Source: Ignavibacterium sp.
GTDB lineage: Bacteria > Bacteroidota > Ignavibacteria > Ignavibacteriales > Ignavibacteriaceae
Assembly: GCA_023511695.1 (NCBI GenBank)
Contig: JAIMAZ010000001.1
Coordinates: forward strand, 1 to 36,754
Direction of reading: 5' to 3'
Length of the DNA: 36,754 nucleotides
Position numbers and translations under genes: made by a program. The notes under the pieces were generated by a model, which was not told the DNA's origin, ran no database searches, and saw only the letters and a list, made by a program, of their open reading frames with translations. Below, piece after piece: positions 1-9,571 of the stretch. Position 1 is the stretch's first letter. Each line of letters opens with the position of its first letter.

Positions 1-62
1 ATTTAATTTTGAACAAGTCACTAATAAAACAATTATTCAATGAAACAGATAAACTGGTTTGA
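1..62 (+). CDS. 3' end of an upstream ORF running in from outside the window (possibly pgsA, by adjacency to pgpA)
   Basis: Open frame LILNKSLIKQLFNETDKLV* ends at TGA 60-62 and overlaps the pgpA-like ATG at 40. Identity is inferred only from the common pgsA-pgpA gene order. Confidence 0.3.
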   Translation, partial: LILNKSLIKQLFNETDKLV

Positions 63-177
63 TAAATTTTTTGGTTCCGGTTTTTATACAGGCTACATTC
101 CATTTGCATCAGGTACATTTGGAAGTCTTGCTGCATCAATAATTTATTTTGTAATTTTCAAAAACTATACGCAATAG
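40..177 (+). pseudogene. pgpA: Truncated phosphatidylglycerophosphatase A (N-terminal 45 aa only)
   Basis: Manual translation MKQINWFDKFFGSGFYTGYIPFASGTFGSLAASIIYFVIFKNYTQ* carries the PgpA N-terminal motif G.G..P.A.GT.GSLAA. Stop TAG at 175-177, and no downstream D-E/D-D PgpA motifs before the convergent gene. Confidence 0.7.
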
Positions 178-235
178 TTGACGGCGGGGAAAACCTTATC
201 ACGGGTGATCTTGGCCAAATTTTTCATAAATATTT

Positions 236-1186
236 TTAATACCAACCAAGTTGAAGAGTAAATCTTAAAATGTTTCCAAGTTTACCATAATCAGCAAAAG
301 AAAAATCTGCAATAAGAGGAAAACTCAATTTCGGATTTAAGCCAAATCCAAATGAATAAGTCTCCTCATCATAGAAAAATTTGTAACCGGCACGAAGAGT
401 TAAAATTTCATTCCAGCTTATCTCGGTTCCAAAATTAATTCTTTCATCAGCATCAGTAGGATGCAATGCTTCGGCTATCAAAGTTACACGATAATCAGAA
501 TTTTTATCACCAATTACTTCTGCTGATGCACCAAGGCGAAGCATTATTGGCATCTTAAATTCATCAGCGATGAATTTAGTATTAGTACCAAAATTCTGAA
601 GACTTGCTGCAATTCTAAGCGAACCCATACCAGTGTAATAAAGCACTCCTCCATCCAAAAGAATATTGCTTGCTTTATAGACATCAATTTTTTCTTCAAC
701 ATATTTTGCAACAACGCCGAAAGAAAATCTGTCAGTCAGCATTTTTGAATAACCTAACCCAAGAGCAACCGAGTTTGCTTCAAATGTTCCGATAATGTTG
801 TAAACTCTTTGTCCGCCTCCGGTAATAGTTCTTGGCATTGAACCATAATCCATCATTACAACACCAAGACCAAAAACTCCAATTTCAGAATTATAAGAAT
901 AGCTTGAGGCATAATGTTTAATATCTGCAAACCAGTTTGAGTAGGAAGCAGAAAATGAATGTGTCATATCTGTAAAACCCAGGATCGCAGGATTAACAAA
1001 AATTCCCTGTGAATTCATATCTGATAATGAAATTGATGATTCACCAAGCGAAGCACTTCTTGCAGTAACAGGAATTTCAAGAAAGGCAAAACCTGCAGTA
1101 GCAGTTTTCCTAAAATCCTGCGGAAAAGAATTGATTGAGATTAGAACTAATACAGCTAAAAGTATATTAAATATAAAATTTTTCAT
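236..1186 (-). CDS. PorV/PorQ-family outer-membrane beta-barrel protein (module 1)
   Basis: Signal peptide, motif AGFAFLEIPVTARSASLGES...NPA, amphipathic beta-strands, LRAGY near the C-terminus and a terminal aromatic residue. Confidence 0.85.
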   Translation of the reverse strand: MKNFIFNILLAVLVLISINSFPQDFRKTATAGFAFLEIPVTARSASLGESSISLSDMNSQGIFVNPAILGFTDMTHSFSASYSNWFADIKHYASSYSYNSEIGVFGLGVVMMDYGSMPRTITGGGQRVYNIIGTFEANSVALGLGYSKMLTDRFSFGVVAKYVEEKIDVYKASNILLDGGVLYYTGMGSLRIAASLQNFGTNTKFIADEFKMPIMLRLGASAEVIGDKNSDYRVTLIAEALHPTDADERINFGTEISWNEILTLRAGYKFFYDEETYSFGFGLNPKLSFPLIADFSFADYGKLGNILRFTLQLGWY

Positions 1187-1192
1187 AGATTA

Positions 1193-3181
1193 CTATCTGA
1201 CTATTGCAAACTTTCCTATTTTGGTTCCGCCATTATATTCTGCCTGGAAAATATAAATGCCACTTTCAACAAATTGTCCGTAATCAGTAACCTGATCCCA
1301 CGAAACAATTGCACCATCACTTTCTTTTACATTTATTGTTTTTACTAAATCACCTCTAACAGTATAAATTCTGATTGTACAAGGATTAGGTAAATTCACA
1401 AACTGAATTTTGTCCTGTTCGCCCGGTTGAGAGAAACCTTCACCAATAACAAAAGGATTTGGAACGACAAGTATATCATCAAGATTTTGTTTTGGTGGTA
1501 AAGTTGCAGTAAAAGGAATCTGAAGACGATTTGCAAAGATTGAAGTTTCTAATCCTTGAGTATCAAATGAGGTAAGAGCATAATAATACCGCTGGCCAAT
1601 TGAAACCAATGAATCAATATATCTGTAGTTAGAGCCCGATAAATAGTTAATATCACCAGCTAAGATTGTATCAATTGGAATCCAGGGACCAATTGGTAAA
1701 AAATCAGAACGATAAATTATGTAGCCGGTTAAATCCAAATTTCCGTTGTCCGGATCAGGATAAAATTCTTTTTCATTTGTCCAGGAAATTATATTAGCAA
1801 CTGATTGACTTTCTCTGTTATAATCAACAATGAAATCCGGAGCAGCCGGCGGATCAGGATGTCTGAATCCATTATCGAAAGTTTGCTGAGCTCTATCTGC
1901 AGAAGCGAAAAAAGCATTTCGTGTATCGCGATTGATTATGTTGGTTGGATTGTTTTGAGGATCAATCGCTTGTTTGTAATCAACTCCATCTACTATTTCT
2001 GCAATCACAATTCGTATTGAATCACCGGGCAGAATGTTGTACGGTCCAAGCTGTATCATTGACCACATTCTTGAGCGCGTCATAAAAACAGTATCAGTTG
2101 AACTTGATACAAAATTTGCTGCAAGTCGAATATCTTTAACAAACTCGTATTGTGCTTCCAGAGAACCAATATTTGTTAGAGGACCGCTTAAGTCAATTGA
2201 ATTACTTGCTGCAGACCAACCGTATCTTACTATATTTGATTGTAATCCATTTTTATCCGGCGATGAATATAAAAGTTTAATACCTGCAAATGCTGGTGCA
2301 AGATATTCTCCAGTTGCTTTTCCATTTACAATCGGACCGAATGAAGGTGAATAACCAAAATCTTCATTCAATGCCGGGGTTTCCGAATAATCTGATGCTC
2401 TTCCGTAAAGTAATCTTCTTGCTGAGTTATAAAAGAATTGAGTGTTTCGAGCACCTGGAGTAAGTGACGGAAACAATACTGACCAAGATCTTGAATTACA
2501 ATGAATTCCGTAATTGATCACAGCATAAAAATCAAACAGAGTATCTGCAACAAATCGCGTTGGTGGAACAATGCTTTTAATTTCAGGCGAAATATTTTTT
2601 ATGATGTATTCGTGAATAATATAATTCTCATCAGCTTTAGAACCGCTCCATTGATGAGATGTTCTTTTAACTCTTATTGGTAACATTCTTTTTATCTGGA
2701 ATTCATCTGTATAATCACTGTTATATTCCCATACTGTTTCAATTACATCTTCACCTGCATTTGGATTTGTTTGAAGCCAATAATTGGTTCCGTTTGGATA
2801 AACTCTTCTGTGAGTTTTTACACGATATTTTGCACCAGCACCTTCAGATACGGAGCCGGCATAAAGTGACCATTCTTCAACAGAAAGAATACTATCTTGT
2901 GACCACTTAGCACCAACAATTAATCCTCCTGAAACAAGATGTGAAGCCTGGCCGCCAATATTATCGCTAATCAGGCTTGCATCAAAACCCGGCCAATCAA
3001 GTCCGATTCCTCTTTGCGTCCAGTTGCTGAATGAAGGTCCAACTTTTCCAAATTGAATTGTTTGCCAAAGCTTCCCACGATTTAAGATCAATGATGATGA
3101 TTCAATCTGAGCAAATGAAGAATTAATTGACATCAAGAAAATCGTAAATAGAATTAAGAGTGTATTTGAAGTTTTTATCAT
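1193..3181 (-). CDS. Secreted protein with Fn3-like domain and atypical T9SS-type C-terminal domain (module 1 cargo), 662 aa
   Basis: Start moved to ATG 3181 (MIKTSNTLLILF... signal peptide, right after the TBDR stop). Fn3-like GYIIYRS...YYYALTSFD; C-terminal VVPNPF...IQFVNLP...CTIRIYT...SGIYI...GKFAIVR. Confidence 0.8.
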   Translation of the reverse strand: MIKTSNTLLILFTIFLMSINSSFAQIESSSLILNRGKLWQTIQFGKVGPSFSNWTQRGIGLDWPGFDASLISDNIGGQASHLVSGGLIVGAKWSQDSILSVEEWSLYAGSVSEGAGAKYRVKTHRRVYPNGTNYWLQTNPNAGEDVIETVWEYNSDYTDEFQIKRMLPIRVKRTSHQWSGSKADENYIIHEYIIKNISPEIKSIVPPTRFVADTLFDFYAVINYGIHCNSRSWSVLFPSLTPGARNTQFFYNSARRLLYGRASDYSETPALNEDFGYSPSFGPIVNGKATGEYLAPAFAGIKLLYSSPDKNGLQSNIVRYGWSAASNSIDLSGPLTNIGSLEAQYEFVKDIRLAANFVSSSTDTVFMTRSRMWSMIQLGPYNILPGDSIRIVIAEIVDGVDYKQAIDPQNNPTNIINRDTRNAFFASADRAQQTFDNGFRHPDPPAAPDFIVDYNRESQSVANIISWTNEKEFYPDPDNGNLDLTGYIIYRSDFLPIGPWIPIDTILAGDINYLSGSNYRYIDSLVSIGQRYYYALTSFDTQGLETSIFANRLQIPFTATLPPKQNLDDILVVPNPFVIGEGFSQPGEQDKIQFVNLPNPCTIRIYTVRGDLVKTINVKESDGAIVSWDQVTDYGQFVESGIYIFQAEYNGGTKIGKFAIVR

Positions 3182-3182
3182 A

Positions 3183-6170
3183 TTAAAATCCAAAACCAAT
3201 TGTAAAGAAAACTTGTTGAGGAATGTTACTGAATGCTCTGTATGGTGCAACAAGGTAACTGAATCTGTTTGGATTATTACCTGCATCCATCATAGTAACA
3301 CCTTGTTCAACCCAAAGATTAATATCTTCGTTGGTTGACATTGGTGTTATCCATTTGTTATCAAACAAATTCATAACTCTTATTCCCAACAATATTTTAT
3401 AACTGCCGAAATAAATATTTTTAATAAAATTTAAATCAACGCTGGATTCAATAGGATATCTTCGGTTATTTACAACATCGCGCAAACCAAAATCAGTAAT
3501 GTAAGTGAAAGGAACTCCTGATTGCGCTGTATAAGTCATGCTCAATGAAGCATCTGCCAAAGGTTTAATTCCAAAAATTTCAGGACCTTCTTCCCTGTCC
3601 CAGAAGTATTGAACAAGTGTTCTTAGATTATGAGTTCTATCCCAAGAAGCAAGAAACTCGCCTGTGAAATTTCTTGTAGAGTAACCTCGTGTATTATCAG
3701 GGTAAATTATAGATGCTCCGTAATTTCCTGTTGTAGTTTGCGATAAACTATAACTGATTCTGTATGACCAATTCTTTGTTCCGAATGATTCTAATGTTGC
3801 TTCAAATCCTAATGTGGACCCAAAAGAATTATTAGCATAAGATAAGTAATAATAAAGCGGCGTGTTATCTACTGTAAATCCCGCAAACTGATTTCTGCTT
3901 CCTGTATAGGCTGCAATATTTCTTGAACCAATTTGTGTTACGCGGTCGTTATAGTAAATTGCCAAATCAAGACGATTGCTCTCACCAATGGTTTGCTGCA
4001 ATCCAAACTCATATTGAATTGTTTTTTTTGGATCAAGATTCGGATTTCCTATTCCCTGCCAACCGACCCAGGTTTTATTTGAAAGTGCCTGACTGAAAAT
4101 CGGCATTGAAGCGAAATGACCATATTGCAATCTGAAAGCTGTGCTTTCTCCTATCGGAAATGATACACCAATTCTCGGTAAGAAAATATATTTTGTTTCA
4201 GAGTCTTTTGTTTCAGGATTGCCAATTATGCCGGGACCGTCGGTGCCGGGATATAAAACATAAAAAGGATCAACAGGAACTCTTGCCTGAAAATTATAAG
4301 ATTCAGCACGCAAGCCAATGTTAGCAATCATACCTTCAAATTCCATTCGATCCTGAATATAAAAACCTAAACTTATTGGATAAGCTTTATAATAATCTGC
4401 AAAACCATTTCTGGCAACAAAACTATTTGCCTGAAAACTTGAGTTAACGCCGTTATTAATCATATCCCAATAGTTTAAACTGATTCCGGATTTAATCAGA
4501 TGATTAGAATTAATCTGATTGGTATAATCGAACTTAATTCCATAGTTTTCAGTGCGGCTATCCTGATAATAATTTGTACTGAAACTAAATGGCGCTCTGA
4601 AGAAATCTTTTTCCCACCAGCTTCCTTCTCTCAAAACTGTCCCGCTTGGATCTTTTGAGCTGTCCGCTCTGTCAACTTCTAATCCATATCCTGCTAAGTA
4701 TCTGAATGGTAACTCATATTTTTCCTGCTGATGTGTAAGAATGAGTTCTGAAAAAGAAGTATTACTTATTGTATAAACCCAGTTAATTGTTTGAGCAATT
4801 GTTTGTTCATTACGGACTGGATCAATCGTGACTAAATATTTTGTTGAAACTCCCGGAGGAGTAAATGCCAATCCAGACCAGCGAATATCTGAAGAACCGG
4901 ACCAAATACCGCCAAGATAACTTTGATAACTTCCCATAAATCTTATCTTATGTTCAGGCAATGGTTGATAAGTTAAATTGAGAATATAGTTTTGAGTTAC
5001 CTGAACTTTTTCCGGAGTTGGTAGTCGTGTTGGATTTCTCTTATACTCTCCTGAAATATAAAATTTCAAAAGGTTTGGATCTTTTCCTAAAGGACCACCG
5101 AAACCAAACAAATACCTTTGATATGAATACTGCCTGTAATCATAAACACCAAGAACATTATCCTCAGATGGTTCGTGGTTTTTAACCCAAAGATCATAAG
5201 CCCATTTAATTTCATTTTCGACCAAACGATTGTAGGTTTCAGGATCATTATCTTTATACCATTGATATCTTATATCAAGTTTTAATTCCTGAGCAATTTC
5301 ATTTTTCCTCGCAATCCAGTTCTCAAACTTACCCCACTTCTGCCATTCCCAATTGTTTTTATCATAAATGTATGGACCATAATGATATTGTCCTGAAGGC
5401 CTGTATTCGGCTCTTAACTCACCTGTAAAACGTGGAGCACCTTCTTTTAATACTACTTTTACCACACCAGCCTGAGCATTCCCGTATTCGGCAGAAAAGC
5501 CGCCCGTAATTAATTGAAGTTGTTGAACACCTAATGGATTAACATCATATTTCCACGAGTTATCAGATTTTTCAGTTCCGAAAGTTGCCGGAGCACTTGT
5601 GTTGGAACTCATTTGTTCAACACCGTTAATCTGAAAATTAACTTCGTAAGAAGATGAGCCACGAACGGAATAATTTCCCTTTTGATCTTTCTGAAATCCT
5701 GAGGTTAAATCCAATGCACCTCTTAAACCTTCAATTGGTGCTGCCTGTATTTGTCGATCATCAATATGAGATTGGCTTGAGGTTCTATCTTTTATTATCG
5801 GAGGTCTTTTAGCTACAACTACTACCTGTTCAAGTTGAACAGTTTCATCTGAAAGTTTGATATTTACCTGAGTTGTTCTGTCAATAAAAATTTCTACATT
5901 CTTCTCAATTACCTTTGTATAACCAACCATACTTGCAACAACATTATATCTGCCGGGAGGAATGTTAAGAATAATAAATTTACCTTCAACATTGGTTGCT
6001 GCGCCAATATTTGTTCCTTCAAGTAAAACATTGGCACCTATCAGAGGCTCATTTGTAGTAGCATCAAAAACAGTCCCGACTAATTTTCCAGTTTGTCCCT
6101 GAGGAAAAATAAATAACGGAAATATTGCTGATAAAATCAGAATTTTTACTAATGAGTATGCATGACGCAT
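3183..6170 (-). CDS. TonB-dependent receptor with N-terminal carboxypeptidase-regulatory-like domain (module 1)
   Basis: GKLVGTVFDATTNEPLIGANV N-domain, plug motif VRG...GGFSAEYGNAQAGVV, barrel motifs PRIGVSFPI and GNPNLDP, terminal Phe. Confidence 0.92.
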   Translation of the reverse strand: MRHAYSLVKILILSAIFPLFIFPQGQTGKLVGTVFDATTNEPLIGANVLLEGTNIGAATNVEGKFIILNIPPGRYNVVASMVGYTKVIEKNVEIFIDRTTQVNIKLSDETVQLEQVVVVAKRPPIIKDRTSSQSHIDDRQIQAAPIEGLRGALDLTSGFQKDQKGNYSVRGSSSYEVNFQINGVEQMSSNTSAPATFGTEKSDNSWKYDVNPLGVQQLQLITGGFSAEYGNAQAGVVKVVLKEGAPRFTGELRAEYRPSGQYHYGPYIYDKNNWEWQKWGKFENWIARKNEIAQELKLDIRYQWYKDNDPETYNRLVENEIKWAYDLWVKNHEPSEDNVLGVYDYRQYSYQRYLFGFGGPLGKDPNLLKFYISGEYKRNPTRLPTPEKVQVTQNYILNLTYQPLPEHKIRFMGSYQSYLGGIWSGSSDIRWSGLAFTPPGVSTKYLVTIDPVRNEQTIAQTINWVYTISNTSFSELILTHQQEKYELPFRYLAGYGLEVDRADSSKDPSGTVLREGSWWEKDFFRAPFSFSTNYYQDSRTENYGIKFDYTNQINSNHLIKSGISLNYWDMINNGVNSSFQANSFVARNGFADYYKAYPISLGFYIQDRMEFEGMIANIGLRAESYNFQARVPVDPFYVLYPGTDGPGIIGNPETKDSETKYIFLPRIGVSFPIGESTAFRLQYGHFASMPIFSQALSNKTWVGWQGIGNPNLDPKKTIQYEFGLQQTIGESNRLDLAIYYNDRVTQIGSRNIAAYTGSRNQFAGFTVDNTPLYYYLSYANNSFGSTLGFEATLESFGTKNWSYRISYSLSQTTTGNYGASIIYPDNTRGYSTRNFTGEFLASWDRTHNLRTLVQYFWDREEGPEIFGIKPLADASLSMTYTAQSGVPFTYITDFGLRDVVNNRRYPIESSVDLNFIKNIYFGSYKILLGIRVMNLFDNKWITPMSTNEDINLWVEQGVTMMDAGNNPNRFSYLVAPYRAFSNIPQQVFFTIGFGF

Positions 6171-6216
6171 AATAATTCCTAAAATATCTTTATTCTCACC
6201 AATTTAAAAGCAGGTG

Positions 6217-6254
6217 AAAAAGCTGCAGCCGCTTGATTACGGCTGCAACAAAAA
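6217..6254 (-). terminator. Intrinsic terminator or attenuating stem-loop between the beta-propeller gene and TBDR1
   Basis: Stem TGCAGCCG/CGGCTGCA with 8-nt loop; A-run at 6217-6221 gives a U-tract on the minus strand. Confidence 0.6.
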
Positions 6255-6260
6255 TTCTCC

Positions 6261-7670
6261 TTAACGGAGAAGAAGCATTTTTCTTATTTCTTTGAAGCTC
6301 TCAGTAATCAAGCTGTAAAAATAAATTCCGCTTGATAGATTGCCGGCGTTAAAAGTTTTAGTGTATTTGCCAGCTGGTAAAAATTCATTTACAATAGTTT
6401 CAACTTCGTTTCCTAATAAATCAGTTACAACCAACTTTACATTAGCATCTTTCGGTAAAGTGAATCTAATCATTGTTGATGGATTAAATGGATTAGGATA
6501 ATTTTGTTCAAGAGTATAATCAAGAATACCGGAATATTTATCTTCGACAGAAACGATAATCTTTTCGAATTTAAATGCAGCACGGGACCACATATCAATT
6601 ACAAACGCAAGATTAGCATCAGGATTGATTGAAACATCACACGGTGAAGTCATTGGTGCACCATCAGGATCAGAAATATCCTGGCTGAATTGACTTGGTA
6701 AATCATAAACTTCGAGAGCATTTATTCCATCAATTTCAAAAGCTTTAACCCAACGACGGGTTGAATCAATTCCGGCAACCCAAAGCAAACCATCTTTATC
6801 AACATCAATTCCGTATGGATAAGGATCAATAAACTGTAAGAAGAAATCAAAATCCTCAATTCTGAAAGGTTGATATGTTTGAGGATTATATTGATTACCA
6901 TTAATCCACTTAGCAATTCCACCAGTTAATTGTGTTGATGATATTGAATTTCTGGAAGTGTAGAAAGGAACTGTTGTATCAGCATAATTAGCATTAGGAA
7001 TTAAGGCAACATCACGAATAAAACTTTTTCCTCCCTGATCAGGTCCTCCTGGTTCCATAACATACTGTGCAGGAGGAACATAAGAACCATATCCAACAGC
7101 TGACCATCCATAACTAAAATTGTAGCAACGAAATGTAGTTCCAAAAGAAATACCCGTAAATAGAACTGAGTCTTTGGAAATAGCAGCTCCATGATTGAAT
7201 GAACCATATCCGCTTCCTTGAATTCCAAAACCAAATTTTATAACCTGAGTTGTATCGAAATTGGGATAAAGGTATGTGGCTGAAACTGTATTAGGTTGAG
7301 TTTTAGGATATGGTTGGGTTGCAACAACATATAAAGTATTGCCTAATACAGTAATGCCTCTAAGAAATCCAATATTACCAGTCAAGGTATCTGAATCGCC
7401 GTTTTCTGAAAAATCAATAAACTTTGTAAATACAGTATCACCAGGTGCAAGCTTGTAAATAGCATTATGAGCATTTACATCAAGAAGTCTTGAAGAGATT
7501 ACCCATAGATTTCCTGCATCATCTAGTGTGCTTAAATATGGTCGGACAATGTTTGAATCTGCTTCAGGAAAATATAACCTTTGAGAATAAATCCATCTTT
7601 CTGTTTGTGAAAAACCCGATTGGATAATTATAAATAAAATTATAATGACTGTTGTAAAGAAATGTTTCAT
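6261..7670 (-). CDS. T9SS type A sorting-domain protein with probable NHL/beta-propeller domain
   Basis: Signal peptide, propeller-like repeats (PYGIDVDKDGLLWVA, PCDVSINPD), CTD LEQNYPNPFNPST...LSSGIYFY...RKMLLLR, GAGG upstream of the start. Confidence 0.85.
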   Translation of the reverse strand: MKHFFTTVIIILFIIIQSGFSQTERWIYSQRLYFPEADSNIVRPYLSTLDDAGNLWVISSRLLDVNAHNAIYKLAPGDTVFTKFIDFSENGDSDTLTGNIGFLRGITVLGNTLYVVATQPYPKTQPNTVSATYLYPNFDTTQVIKFGFGIQGSGYGSFNHGAAISKDSVLFTGISFGTTFRCYNFSYGWSAVGYGSYVPPAQYVMEPGGPDQGGKSFIRDVALIPNANYADTTVPFYTSRNSISSTQLTGGIAKWINGNQYNPQTYQPFRIEDFDFFLQFIDPYPYGIDVDKDGLLWVAGIDSTRRWVKAFEIDGINALEVYDLPSQFSQDISDPDGAPMTSPCDVSINPDANLAFVIDMWSRAAFKFEKIIVSVEDKYSGILDYTLEQNYPNPFNPSTMIRFTLPKDANVKLVVTDLLGNEVETIVNEFLPAGKYTKTFNAGNLSSGIYFYSLITESFKEIRKMLLLR

Positions 7671-7824
7671 AGCGTCCTCGTTTTATTGCTAATTATTAAA
7701 CTTTTTATTTGGTAAAATTGCTATTCGAAATATAAAAAATTTTTCATAACAATAAAGTTTTTTTAAGAATTCAAAAAATAATTTCTTCGCTTTGATTAAA
7801 TTTTAAAGGCAAATAATAAACTAT

Positions 7825-9300
7825 ATGGAATCGATTCAGGTTTTAATTTTAATAGCAATTTTTCTCTTCTTTGCTCTGATGATGTTCTTCAGAAAGATTC
7901 CCGCATTAATTGCTCTTCCTTTAATGGCTTTTTTTATTGCGCTCAGTGGTGGAATCCATTTTAATGATATCATTCAATATGTAATTGGCGAAGGTTCGCT
8001 TAAACTTTATCAGGCATATACTATCGCAATGTTCGGTAGTATGCTTAGCATCCTTATGCAAAAGACCGGAGTTGCAGAAGCATTCATAAAAAAAGGTGCT
8101 GAGCTTTCCGGCGATAATCCCTGGATGATTGCTGTTATTATGCTGCTGCTTATCATTTCTTTATTTACAACACTTGGCGGACTTGGTGCAATAATTATGG
8201 TTGCAACAATTGTGCTTCCGATTATGTCATCTGTTGGCATCGGACCAATGACTTCTGTCGGAATATTTTTATTTGGATTAAGCATTGGCGGAATTCTTAA
8301 TGTTGGCAACTGGGCGGTTTATATTAGCGTAATGGGTTTATCGGTTAATGAAATCAGACCATTTGCATTGATAATGCTGATTGCTTCAACTTTAGTTGCG
8401 GTTTCTTATATAACAATTCAACTTTACAAAGACGGACATCAGATAAACTTCAAAAACATTTTGATTAAGACATTTGCTTTGATATTAGTTATTGCTTTGA
8501 TTTATTACTCGTACAACTTTTTGTTAAACGATGACTCACAAAATATCTTAAATAACTTTTTGGCAGATCTGGGTTTCTACTTAAAAGTTTTAATTGCAGC
8601 ATTAACAATTATCATGTTCATAATTGCATTGATTAGAATCATCTTAAAGAAAAACGAGACCATAACACAGCCGCATTGGATAAGTTTCTTTTCACCTTTC
8701 CTTCCATTGTTGCTCATACTTTTGTTTGATGTAAACTTTATTGCATCCTTTATTCTCGGATTGTTATTTGCATTCTTATCAACTTACAAAAAAGGAAGTC
8801 TTAATTTATTTATCAAATCCTGTTTTGAAGGCGGCGGCGTTGTGATGCCTGCAGTTGCTCTTATGTTTGGAATTGGAATGCTGCTGGTTGCAATTATGGG
8901 TCCCGGAATTGAACTATCATCTTATCCTAATGGCTGGCCCGTACTTAATTTAATTAAACCTTTGATGATTCAAATAATTCCTTCAAATGCTTTTGCTTAT
9001 GTATTAACTTTTACACTAGCTGCTCCTCTTGCATTGTATCGCGGTCCGCTTAATGTTTGGGGAATGGGTTACGGTCTTGCAGCAGTTTTTCTTGCAAGCG
9101 GAATGATTCCGGCTTCGGTAATGGGACTATTAATGGCAGTCGGACAAATACAGGGAATTTCTGATCCAACAAATACACACAATGTCTGGCTTGCAAATGA
9201 AATGAGAGTTGATGTTCAAAAGGTTCTGTGGAATACAATTCCATACACGTGGATTCTCGCAGTAGTTGGATTGATTATTTCAGCTTTGATGTTTATGTGA
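7825..9300 (+). CDS. Polytopic inner-membrane transporter (ion-transporter superfamily, citrate/gluconate-permease-like)
   Basis: Many hydrophobic segments; motifs KTGVAEAFIKKGAELSGD and APLALYRGPLNVWGMG...DPTNTHNVW. Substrate unknown. Confidence 0.75.
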   Translation: MESIQVLILIAIFLFFALMMFFRKIPALIALPLMAFFIALSGGIHFNDIIQYVIGEGSLKLYQAYTIAMFGSMLSILMQKTGVAEAFIKKGAELSGDNPWMIAVIMLLLIISLFTTLGGLGAIIMVATIVLPIMSSVGIGPMTSVGIFLFGLSIGGILNVGNWAVYISVMGLSVNEIRPFALIMLIASTLVAVSYITIQLYKDGHQINFKNILIKTFALILVIALIYYSYNFLLNDDSQNILNNFLADLGFYLKVLIAALTIIMFIIALIRIILKKNETITQPHWISFFSPFLPLLLILLFDVNFIASFILGLLFAFLSTYKKGSLNLFIKSCFEGGGVVMPAVALMFGIGMLLVAIMGPGIELSSYPNGWPVLNLIKPLMIQIIPSNAFAYVLTFTLAAPLALYRGPLNVWGMGYGLAAVFLASGMIPASVMGLLMAVGQIQGISDPTNTHNVWLANEMRVDVQKVLWNTIPYTWILAVVGLIISALMFM

Positions 9301-9385
9301 AATGTTATTTAAAGATTTTAATAAAATTAAATAAAAATATTGTCTCAATTTTTAGAGTTTGTTGAAAAAGTAACTTTTTGTTTTA

Positions 9386-9521
9386 ATTGCCCCGACTTTC
9401 AAGTCGGGGTTGAGAGACAAAGAAATTTTTTGGCTTCAGCCACATTTTAGCATATTAGATACGGCTAAAGCCGATATAATTATACTCTGAAATTGATCCC
9501 CGACTTAAAAGTCGGGGCAAT
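9386..9521. repeat. REP/REPIN-like multi-hairpin element, family B copy 1
   Basis: ATTGCCCCGACTTTCAAGTCGGGG ... GGCTTCAGCC ... GGCTAAAGCC ... CCCCGACTTAAAAGTCGGGGCAAT, with terminal inverted repeats. Second copy at 20588. Confidence 0.85.
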
Positions 9522-9571
9522 AATTAATCAACATTTTTATTGTAAAGATATTATTTATAAAACTTTTATTG

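Noticed and set aside
3182..3286. 35-aa N-terminal extension of the 697-aa ORF
   Set aside because: It overlaps the TBDR 3' end, and the signal peptide starts at ATG 3181.
7671..7824. Promoters or operators in the divergent spacer
   Set aside because: The region must contain promoters but is too AT-rich for me to pick a convincing motif.
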